Under the pieces are notes generated by a model. It did no database searches. It was not told the origin of the DNA and saw only the letters and a program-made list of their open reading frames with translations. This document shows positions 9,630-16,677 of a stretch of DNA of 64,000 nucleotides, piece by piece (position 1 is the stretch's first letter; the number at the start of each line of letters is the position of its first letter). The DNA is taken from the NCBI GenBank assembly GCA_017540505.1, contig JAFYAW010000005.1, forward strand, positions 2,197-66,196, read 5' to 3'. This DNA comes from Bacteroidales bacterium. GTDB lineage: Bacteria; Bacteroidota; Bacteroidia; Bacteroidales; WCHB1-69. Both the position numbers and the translations under genes were made by a program.

Positions 9630-9668
9630 ACACTTATGTGTAAAAACCACCTAATTTAAAATAGGGCG

Positions 9669-9676
9669 CAAATATA
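9669..9676 (-). promoter_or_regulatory. Candidate Bacteroidetes -7 promoter box (TATATTTG) for the lower half of the PKS cluster
   Basis: Matches TAnnTTTG, 40 nt upstream of the ATG at 9629. Confidence 0.4.
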
Positions 9677-9699
9677 CAAAAATTCGGCAATTACGGGGA

Positions 9700-10016
9700 T
9701 TCCCCTCACATTAGAACGTGATCTATGCCCCGATAGGGTCAAAAGCCCGGTAGAAACGTGCCACATGCCCCCACGTCCCGTCAGGAACTTGGGGAGATTC
9801 CGCCGCTCCTTTCGTCGCCGGCGGAATGGTGCAAACCTCACTTGCTGTTCAGGCGGCGGCAGACGGTCTTTCCCCAAAAACCAAATTCTTGTGCCGCCGC
9901 ATTCTTGTTTTGGCCTACACGCACCATTCCGCGAAACGCAATAGCGTTGAGCGGAATCCCCAAACATTCAGTAAACCGCAAACCGAAAAATCACTACCTT
10001 TGCCCCCGCAATGAAC
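9700..10016 (+). repeat. Mosaic hairpin repeat, copy A (core 9791-9961 bounded by inverted termini GGGGAGATTCCGC / GCGGAATCCCC)
   Basis: The 9791-10016 stretch aligns by eye almost base-for-base with 40990-41217. The upstream module 9726-9788 matches 35004-35068. Conserved stems include ATTCCGCCG/CGGCGGAAT, GCGGCGGCA/TGCCGCCGC and ATTCCGC...GCGGAAT. Confidence 0.8.
9995..10002 (+). promoter_or_regulatory. -7 promoter box TACCTTTG at the 3' edge of repeat copy A
   Basis: TAnnTTTG match, identical in sequence and position to the box in copy C (41196-41203). The next plus-strand gene starts at 10323. Confidence 0.4.
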
Positions 10017-10122
10017 CGACTTCGCACATATAGCCCCACCACCTCCCGCCGCGCGTTTCCCGCTCCGCCCGCGCAGGCGTACGCGCCCGCCAGTAGGACG
10101 CAGAGGCGCGGGAACTCCCATA

Positions 10123-10150
10123 CTGACCACTGTTCACTGATTACTGCTCA
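10123..10150. repeat. Heptamer array CTGACCA CTGTTCA CTGATTA CTGCTCA
   Basis: Read directly from the sequence. It is the reverse complement of the TGAACAG/GTGAWYA family seen at 11832-11887. Confidence 0.6.
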
Positions 10151-10322
10151 CAGGACCCACACCTTCTCCCCAAAAGAAAAGGACACCGAAACCGGCTTTT
10201 CAGTTACCTCGCTGTGCTCGGGTTCCTCCTTTTCGCTTAGCCAAACCCAAACAAGTTTGGTTTGGCATTCGCTCATGCGTCGGTTTGGCGCAAGGTATTA
10301 TTAAAAAATAAGTGTTTTTGTT

Positions 10323-10979
10323 ATGAAAAGAGTCATGACACTTTTGGCAATCCTGACGACAGCCGTGCTCTCTTCGGCTCAGAACGACAATGATCGCTAT
10401 GGCTACGACAACATCTTGTTTTCCTATGAAATAAGACAAATGGATAGTGTGATTTTTGTTGATAAAATTGCCAACCAGTCAACAACGGCGATATGTGTTG
10501 AAAAGAAAAACTTGTTAAAGTTTGCAGATAAGGATTCTTCCTTCTATACCTACTGGGAAGTACTGCCGGATGCATTCAGATTTTTGGATCCGGACTGGTT
10601 TCCTTTTATTTTCCATTATGTCATACCGTTCATTTCGGACACAGCTGTCGTTTCAACAATAAAAAAACAATATTTTGAAAACGGGTTATGCAAAGTTGGA
10701 TATAGTGACCTGTGGGGTGGCACCCGACGCGAGCGTATTCCTTTCCATAATCTTACATATTCCTATTTGAATTGTAATCATTATTTGGTTTTGTTGATGC
10801 CATACAAGTTTTATGACGAACATGTGGAGTATTTATGTATTCTTGATTATGATACTCATACTAAAAGACATTTCCAAACAGCCTTGCTGAAAACACCATT
10901 TGCCGAAGGATTCTATATAAAGTTGCTGTTGCCGTTGTTTTATTATCAAGATTCCGCAAACAAAAATGTATCAGAATAG
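10323..10979 (+). CDS. Hypothetical secreted protein (AT-rich orphan)
   Basis: Signal peptide MKRVMTLLAILTTAVLSSAQ. No motif recognised. Visibly lower GC than its neighbours, and on the opposite strand to the surrounding cluster. Confidence 0.5.
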   Translation: MKRVMTLLAILTTAVLSSAQNDNDRYGYDNILFSYEIRQMDSVIFVDKIANQSTTAICVEKKNLLKFADKDSSFYTYWEVLPDAFRFLDPDWFPFIFHYVIPFISDTAVVSTIKKQYFENGLCKVGYSDLWGGTRRERIPFHNLTYSYLNCNHYLVLLMPYKFYDEHVEYLCILDYDTHTKRHFQTALLKTPFAEGFYIKLLLPLFYYQDSANKNVSE

Positions 10980-10986
10980 TTTTATA

Positions 10987-11090
10987 CCCAACTCCCAATA
11001 ACCAACTGCCTTAACTCCTTAGTTCCTTAACTTCTTAACTATAGCCCCAACTCCCCAACTGCCAATGGCCAACAGCTAACACCCAATCCC
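10987..11090. repeat. Low-complexity array of 7-8-mers (CCCAACT-like units plus TTAACTCC TTAGTTCC TTAACTTC TTAACTAT)
   Basis: Read directly from the sequence. The octamer block 11011-11042 matches the block at 15818-15849. Confidence 0.75.
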
Positions 11091-11107
11091 ACGTCTTCAA
11101 ATTTTAT

Positions 11108-11115
11108 TACCTTTG
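11108..11115 (+). promoter_or_regulatory. -7 promoter box TACCTTTG
   Basis: TAnnTTTG match, 25 nt upstream of the ATG at 11140. Confidence 0.5.
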
Positions 11116-11139
11116 CAGCGGATTTTAAAAACACGGATT

Positions 11140-11382
11140 ATGAAACGATTCCTACTTATAATGACGGTAGTGGCCGGTGTGGGCCTCCTCTTTTCGGCCT
11201 GCACCAAACAGTGCGACTGCCACAAGGTTACGCATTACAGCACTACCAGTACAGAACAGTATTATACGGAAACGGTGGATGCGGAAACTGCCTGCAGCAG
11301 CCTCAACGGCGAATTTTTCCATGAGGATATGTATGGCAATACGGTCAGTGTGGATGTGGTGACCTGCACGAATGCCATGTAG
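11140..11382 (+). CDS. Small Cys-rich lipoprotein, hypothetical
   Basis: MKRFLLIMTVVAGVGLLFSAC gives a lipobox, and the mature part has five further Cys residues; 80 aa. The TTG at 11113 in the ORF track overlaps the promoter box, so the ATG at 11140 is preferred. Confidence 0.5.
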   Translation: MKRFLLIMTVVAGVGLLFSACTKQCDCHKVTHYSTTSTEQYYTETVDAETACSSLNGEFFHEDMYGNTVSVDVVTCTNAM

Positions 11383-11388
11383 CGTCCG

Positions 11389-11814
11389 TTAGCAAAGACC
11401 GTTGATTTTTTTCCATTCGGTATAAAACGCTGGAGTCTGCCATACCAGCTGGTGTTGCATATCTAAAAACACCTGCACCGAGTGTCCTGTGACGAGAATC
11501 TCGTCGGTGTCGGCGTGGCGTATCTCATAGTCGAAAATAATCTTCGCCGCATCGGTCTCCCGATAGGTGCAGATGACCCGTAGCTTGTCGTCGAGTGTGG
11601 CAGGCCTCTTGTATTGGATGCTCAACTCCACCAAGGGCGCGTAAAAGCCCATCTCGTACATGTGCAGGTACTCAAGATGGTAGGTCTTCCCAAAAAGCTC
11701 GCGGGCATCCTCAAAATACAGGGCGTAATTTCCATGCCATACGATGCCCATGGAGTCCACCTCGCTGAAACGCACCTCCACCTCTTTCTCAACTTGCAAT
11801 TTCTTTTGGGTCAT
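11389..11814 (-). CDS. 4HBT/YbgC-type acyl-CoA (acyl-ACP) thioesterase
   Basis: Hotdog thioesterase motif RFSEVDSMGIVWHGNYALYFEDAR; 141 aa; cluster context. Confidence 0.75.
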   Translation of the reverse strand: MTQKKLQVEKEVEVRFSEVDSMGIVWHGNYALYFEDARELFGKTYHLEYLHMYEMGFYAPLVELSIQYKRPATLDDKLRVICTYRETDAAKIIFDYEIRHADTDEILVTGHSVQVFLDMQHQLVWQTPAFYTEWKKINGLC

Positions 11815-11831
11815 GATTTTCGGTTTTATAT

Positions 11832-11887
11832 GTGAATAGTGAATAGTGATTAGTGATTAGTGAACAGTGAACAGTAGTCAGTGATTA
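11832..11887. repeat. Heptamer array (GTGAATA)2 (GTGATTA)2 (GTGAACA)2 GTAGTCA GTGATTA
   Basis: Eight consecutive heptamers read directly from the sequence. The array abuts and overlaps the stop codon of the dehydratase gene. Confidence 0.9.
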
Positions 11888-12295
11888 ATTGCCAATAACA
11901 AACACTTTCATGTCGCACTGCGCAATCATCTCTTCCTCCTGTCGTATCTCGGCGTGTACGATGATGGCCTCGAAGACCTCATTGGCGACGGTGACGGTGG
12001 TCTGCAGCACCTCGTCGGCAGCGGGCCGCCGGAAGACTTCGAAATGGTTGATGGAACCGATGACTCCGATGCGGACGGGCTTGTCCTGATTGAGCCATCC
12101 GATACGCGCGGCGCAGGTCTGCGCGATGTTCTCCATCAATCCCGATTCCGATAGAAGCTCGTCGCGCAGGAAAATGCAGTCGGTGGGGATGCGGAAGTCG
12201 GTGCGCACCGTGATAGGGTCGCAGCTCAGGAGATTGTCCACCATGACCATAGGTGGACGTTGCGGGATGAATGGAAGAGCAGGTGTGGGGAACAT
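11885..12295 (-). CDS. Hotdog-fold dehydratase (ApeI/ApeP-like)
   Basis: 136 aa. An N-terminal LPFIPQRPPMVMVDNLL motif is recalled from APE-cluster dehydratases. The call rests mostly on context. Confidence 0.55.
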   Translation of the reverse strand: MFPTPALPFIPQRPPMVMVDNLLSCDPITVRTDFRIPTDCIFLRDELLSESGLMENIAQTCAARIGWLNQDKPVRIGVIGSINHFEVFRRPAADEVLQTTVTVANEVFEAIIVHAEIRQEEEMIAQCDMKVFVIGN

Positions 12296-12301
12296 GTTGT
12301 C

Positions 12302-13387
12302 TTATTTGAGTTTGCACTGCATGATGCTGTGTCCGAGGCCAAGTCCGTCGTGGATGCACTCAATGGCCAGTCCGGCATCCGCCACACAACGGGCCATGTC
12401 GCCAGAGTAGTACATCTTGCTATTTCCGTTGGCTAATGCGGTGAAATAAAGGCTGATCTGTGCCATACAATAGGAGGCGGTCTCAAAACGCTGACGGTCC
12501 CAAAAGGTCTCCATGATGTAGAGCCGGCTGTCGTGGTTCATGGCAGCGGCGGCGCGACTCAATATGCTGGTGACCTCCTCTTCGGAAAAACAGTCGAGGA
12601 ACTGGCTCATCCAGATGGCGTTGAATCCCGTGGGGAAGGGCACGCTGGGGTCCAGGAGGTTGCAGCCGTGCCCGTGGATGCGGTCGGCACCCTCTAATCC
12701 TTTGGTCTGTTCGCGCATCATCGCCAACTGTTGGGGCAGGTCCATGATGGTGACGTGCACCTGTGCGTCGAAGCCCACACAGCGCATGGCCCAGCGTCCG
12801 GTGTTGCCTCCCACATCCAACAGCGTCTTGGGCTGCCGTGAAAAGACAATCTCCAAGGCTTGCGAGAAGGAATTGTCGGAGTAGAAATGGTCGAAGCCAA
12901 ACCAGCTTTTCTGCACTTGCGGGGGCAGCTGTGAGAGCCCTTCGTAGATGGTGGGCCACTCGCCAAACACTTTCAGCCCTTCCGGCTTGCCGTTGAGGAT
13001 GGCCTCTTCCAGACGGAACAGCCCGAGGTAGTTCACGTCGTGGTTGAAGTCCATGTTCACGCGGGCCATCTCGTCGTTGAGCAGGAACCAGCCGGCCTTG
13101 GCCAGATGGAAGTGGTCATCACGCATGGTGACGGTGCCGGTGGTCAGCGAGGATTCTAACAGGACCTTGGCCCCGTAGAGCGAGATGCCGGCCCGTTGGG
13201 CCACCTCCTCCATCGTAAGCCCCTCTTTCTCATCACCCAACATCTGGAAGATGCCGAATTTGACCATGAGACGGGCCACTTGGAACACGATGGGACCGAA
13301 GGCGATTTCCTGGGCCAGACGCTGTGCCTGCATGGCGGTGAAGCGGTCTTTGGCGTACATTTCTTTTTGCGGAGAGGATAATTCCAT
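12302..13387 (-). CDS. Class I SAM-dependent (O-)methyltransferase with an N-terminal dimerisation/winged-helix domain
   Basis: SAM motif I LLDVGGNTGRWA; 361 aa. Confidence 0.75.
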   Translation of the reverse strand: MELSSPQKEMYAKDRFTAMQAQRLAQEIAFGPIVFQVARLMVKFGIFQMLGDEKEGLTMEEVAQRAGISLYGAKVLLESSLTTGTVTMRDDHFHLAKAGWFLLNDEMARVNMDFNHDVNYLGLFRLEEAILNGKPEGLKVFGEWPTIYEGLSQLPPQVQKSWFGFDHFYSDNSFSQALEIVFSRQPKTLLDVGGNTGRWAMRCVGFDAQVHVTIMDLPQQLAMMREQTKGLEGADRIHGHGCNLLDPSVPFPTGFNAIWMSQFLDCFSEEEVTSILSRAAAAMNHDSRLYIMETFWDRQRFETASYCMAQISLYFTALANGNSKMYYSGDMARCVADAGLAIECIHDGLGLGHSIMQCKLK

Positions 13388-13401
13388 GGGATTATGTTTT
13401 T

Positions 13402-14316
13402 TTAGGATTTTACGTTTTGAGGTTCCAACTGCCAGAAATCATACAGGTTGAACCATTGTTCCGGATATTGTTTGAGGATGTTCTCCACGGCGGTCACATA
13501 CTGGTGGAGCAGATTTTCCGTTTGCGCGGTGACACTGGTCAGGGTATGGTCTGCCGTCAGTGGGATGATGTAGCCCTTGTAGTCTCTTCTTTTCTCTTTC
13601 ATCAGAAAGACGGCCAGCATTGGAATCTCCATCTGGGCGGCCAGTCGGAACGGCCCGACGGGGAATTCAGCGGGATGTCCGAGGAAATCGACCACTTTCT
13701 TTTTGGGGCTTCCGAAGATGCGGTCGCAGTGGATGGTGAGGATCTCGCCGTTGTCAAGGGCGTTCTTGATGGCGAACAGGTGCGACATATCCGGCATCAC
13801 CGGGATGAGCCTGACGTGGTTTTCCTTGAAGGTGTCGATTCTCCGTTGCTGCATCTCCGGATTCTCACCGCCAAAGATGATGCCGTTGATGGGCTTCTTG
13901 TCCTGTTTGAGGCAATGCCCCAACAGTTCGAAGTTGCCGATGTGGGAACCTGCCAGCATAAACCCGGAGGGCTGGTCCAGCAGGTCGTGGAACAGATGCC
14001 GGTCGGGGATGTCCACCGTGAACTGGTCGCTGCGACCGGCCAGCAGGGCGAACTTGTCAATGACCACTTTGCCGAAGGTGTGCGCCGTGCGGGCCGTGGC
14101 TTTCAGGGCACGCCACCGGCTGTAGCCATGTATCTGATGGAAATAGTTGTAAAGAGCCCGGTTGGGCTTTCGCGATAACAGCAGGCAGAATGGGATGATC
14201 AGGTAGAGGATGGGGTAGAGGGTTGTGACCTTGATGTGCCGCAGCAGAACGAACAGGAAATGCTGACCGAACTTGCCGCCGCTTGTCTTGCCTTGCCACT
14301 GCCGCGTTTCCGCCAT
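13402..14316 (-). CDS. LpxL/HtrB-family lysophospholipid/lipid A acyltransferase
   Basis: A HIGNFE catalytic-type motif (HxGNWE family) and an N-terminal TM segment; 304 aa. Confidence 0.7.
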   Translation of the reverse strand: MAETRQWQGKTSGGKFGQHFLFVLLRHIKVTTLYPILYLIIPFCLLLSRKPNRALYNYFHQIHGYSRWRALKATARTAHTFGKVVIDKFALLAGRSDQFTVDIPDRHLFHDLLDQPSGFMLAGSHIGNFELLGHCLKQDKKPINGIIFGGENPEMQQRRIDTFKENHVRLIPVMPDMSHLFAIKNALDNGEILTIHCDRIFGSPKKKVVDFLGHPAEFPVGPFRLAAQMEIPMLAVFLMKEKRRDYKGYIIPLTADHTLTSVTAQTENLLHQYVTAVENILKQYPEQWFNLYDFWQLEPQNVKS

Positions 14317-14317
14317 C

Positions 14318-14569
14318 TTATTCTTTCACTTTGTTGGCGATATAATCGTAAAATTGCCCCAGTGTCTTCACATCCTTCATCTCTTCCGGCTTGATCTTGA
14401 AGCCGAAGTTGCGTTCTACGATGACGACGATATCCACGAAGTCCAGACTGTCAATGCCTAAATCTTCCTTGAGCAGGGCTTCCTCTTTCAGCAGATTCTC
14501 TTCTATCTCAATCTCTTCAACTAAAAAGTTGTTCACCGTTTTGATGACGTCTTCTCTTTGCATATTCAA
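14318..14569 (-). CDS. Acyl carrier protein
   Basis: 83 aa with the DLGIDSLDFVDIVV motif. Confidence 0.85.
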   Translation of the reverse strand: MNMQREDVIKTVNNFLVEEIEIEENLLKEEALLKEDLGIDSLDFVDIVVIVERNFGFKIKPEEMKDVKTLGQFYDYIANKVKE

Positions 14570-14574
14570 TTTTA

Positions 14575-15795
14575 TTATTTGATTTTCTTAATGACCAATG
14601 CGCTGTTGGTACCGCCGAATCCGAAGGAGTTGGAGAGGTACACATCGATGTTTTTTTCTATGGTTTTGTTGATGATGTTCAAATGTTGGGAATATTCGTC
14701 GGGATTCTCGAAGTTGATGTTAGGGGCGATGAAGGAGTTGAGCATCATCAGGTTGGAATAGACGATCTCGCTGGCACCGGCCATCCAGCATTCGTGGCCG
14801 GTCATGGCTTTGGTGGAGCTGATGGGAGTGTGACACTCGCCGAACAGTGCCTGCAGGCTCATGGCTTCAAAGGCGTCGCCCTGAAGGGTGGAGGTGGCGT
14901 GTGCGTTGATGTAGTCGATGTCCGCAGGCATCACGCCGGCATCCTGCATGGCGCGGCGCATGGCGGTGGCGGACCCGTGGTCGCTGGGTTGCGAGATGTT
15001 GGCCCCGTTGGAGGAGAACCCGTACCCGGCGACCTCGGCGATGATGGGTGCGCCGCGCCGGACTGCGTGTTCGTACTCTTCCAAAATCAGCGTGGCGGCA
15101 CCGCCGCTGGGCACTAACCCGTCGCGGTCGCGGTCGAAAGGACGCGAGGCCTTCGTGGGGTCGTCGGTCCGAATGGAAAACGCTCCGATGCCATCGAAAC
15201 TTCCCATGGAGAGGTAGCTCGTCTCCTGCGCACCGCCGCAGATGACCACATCCTGCATCCCGTTGCGGATGAAGAGCAGACCTAACCCGATGGCGTGCGA
15301 GCCGCTGGCACAGGCCGCGCTGATGGTTATGTTCACCCCACGCAGCTTGAAGATGGTGGACAGGTTCATGGTCACCGTTGAGTTCATAGATTGGAAGATG
15401 GCTCCGGAACCCATCATCTGGGTGTCTTTGTACTGCATGGCCGTGGAGTGGGCCTCAATGACCGCCTTGGCCGACGAGTCGTTGCCGTAGAAAATGCCGA
15501 CTTCGTTTTGGGCGAGATAGTCCAGGTCGATGCCGGCGTTTTTCAGGGCTTCGGCAGTGGCCATGTAGGCGTATTCGCCCTCCTCGGCCAGACACACGCG
15601 CGAACGGCGGTCCAACAGCCCCTTCAGCATCGGACGCTCCAACAGACCAGTCAGCGGCGAACGATAGCCGTACTCCAACCGCGCCGGGTCAATGCCGATG
15701 CCCGACTTTCCGGCATACAACGACTTCGTCACCTCGTCCAGATTCTTCCCCAGACAAGAGTAAATACCCATTCCCGTAATGACAACACGTCTCAT
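14575..15795 (-). CDS. Beta-ketoacyl-ACP synthase (FabB/FabF-like)
   Basis: ISAACASGSHAIG (Cys), INAHATSTLQGD and MTGHECWMAG (His, His), and FGFGGTNSALVI at the C-terminus. Confidence 0.85.
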   Translation of the reverse strand: MRRVVITGMGIYSCLGKNLDEVTKSLYAGKSGIGIDPARLEYGYRSPLTGLLERPMLKGLLDRRSRVCLAEEGEYAYMATAEALKNAGIDLDYLAQNEVGIFYGNDSSAKAVIEAHSTAMQYKDTQMMGSGAIFQSMNSTVTMNLSTIFKLRGVNITISAACASGSHAIGLGLLFIRNGMQDVVICGGAQETSYLSMGSFDGIGAFSIRTDDPTKASRPFDRDRDGLVPSGGAATLILEEYEHAVRRGAPIIAEVAGYGFSSNGANISQPSDHGSATAMRRAMQDAGVMPADIDYINAHATSTLQGDAFEAMSLQALFGECHTPISSTKAMTGHECWMAGASEIVYSNLMMLNSFIAPNINFENPDEYSQHLNIINKTIEKNIDVYLSNSFGFGGTNSALVIKKIK

Positions 15796-15809
15796 TTTGA
15801 ACTGTGAAC

Positions 15810-15849
15810 TTTCAATCTTAACTTCTTAGTTTCTTAACTTCTTAACTTA
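15810..15849. repeat. Octamer array TTTCAATC TTAACTTC TTAGTTTC TTAACTTC TTAACTTA
   Basis: Read directly from the sequence, in the spacer between fabG and the KS gene. Confidence 0.8.
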
Positions 15850-15869
15850 ATTGATAGGGGTCTCTGCAT

Positions 15870-16598
15870 TTACGTATAAAGCCCCCCATTAATCGAAATC
15901 GCCTCCCCGGTGATGTAGGCGGCGTCGTCCGAGGCGAGGAAGCCTACCAGTGCGGCCACCTCTTCCGGCTTGCCGAAACGTCCGGCGGGAATCATCTTCT
16001 TGAAGTCAGCCTCGTTGAAATCCTTGGTCATATCCGTCTGGATGAACCCGGGTGCCACGGCATTCACGGTGATGTTCCGCGATCCGATCTCCTGGGCTAA
16101 TGCCTTCGTGGCTCCGATCAGGGCCGCCTTGGCCGCCGAATAGTTGGTCTGGCCGGCCTGTCCCTTCAGTCCGGAGAGGGAGGCCATGTTTATGATGCGT
16201 CCCTTGCGGTGCCCGATCATGCCCTTGAGCAGCCGGCGCGTCGTGTAGAAGAATCCGTTGAGGGTGGTGTTCAGCACAGACTGCCAGTCGCTGTTCTGCA
16301 TGAAGACCATCAGCGTGTCTTTCCGGATGCCGGCATTGTTGACCAGCACCCCGATATAGTCATCAGGATGGGCGGCCTGCCACGTGTCGATGGCCTGGTC
16401 CACGGCCTCGCTGTCGCACACGTCGAAGGGCAGTAGCTCGGCCACGCCGCCCGCCTCTGCGATGAGTTTCTGTGTCTCTAAAGCCGCGTCACGGTTGGAC
16501 TGGTAATTTATCAGGACCGGGAATCCCATAGCGGCGAGTTTCTGGCAGACAGCTCTGCCAATTCCGCGGGAACCACCGGTAATGAGTGCATAATTCAT
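15870..16598 (-). CDS. fabG: 3-oxoacyl-ACP reductase (SDR)
   Basis: TGGSRGIGRA Rossmann motif and NYSAAKAALIG catalytic YxxxK; 242 aa. Confidence 0.85.
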   Translation of the reverse strand: MNYALITGGSRGIGRAVCQKLAAMGFPVLINYQSNRDAALETQKLIAEAGGVAELLPFDVCDSEAVDQAIDTWQAAHPDDYIGVLVNNAGIRKDTLMVFMQNSDWQSVLNTTLNGFFYTTRRLLKGMIGHRKGRIINMASLSGLKGQAGQTNYSAAKAALIGATKALAQEIGSRNITVNAVAPGFIQTDMTKDFNEADFKKMIPAGRFGKPEEVAALVGFLASDDAAYITGEAISINGGLYT

Positions 16599-16647
16599 AT
16601 TGATGCAAAATTACTTACAATAAAAGTATTATTCTAAAAAAACGGTG

Positions 16648-16655
16648 CAAAAGTA
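16648..16655 (-). promoter_or_regulatory. -7 promoter box TACTTTTG for the fabG-led operon
   Basis: TAnnTTTG match, about 50 nt upstream of the fabG ATG. Confidence 0.45.
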
Positions 16656-16677
16656 GTAATTTTTTTGATATGCTTCG

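Noticed and set aside
9656-10304. Small ORFs across the mosaic repeats: 9656-9967, 9758-10033 and 10011-10304, and likewise 34746-35388 and 40683-41369
   Set aside because: They overlap one another in several frames and on both strands, and they are R/P/C-rich. They exist because the same hairpin-rich repeat is open in many frames. The conservation between loci is at the nucleotide level, including non-coding-style stem covariation.
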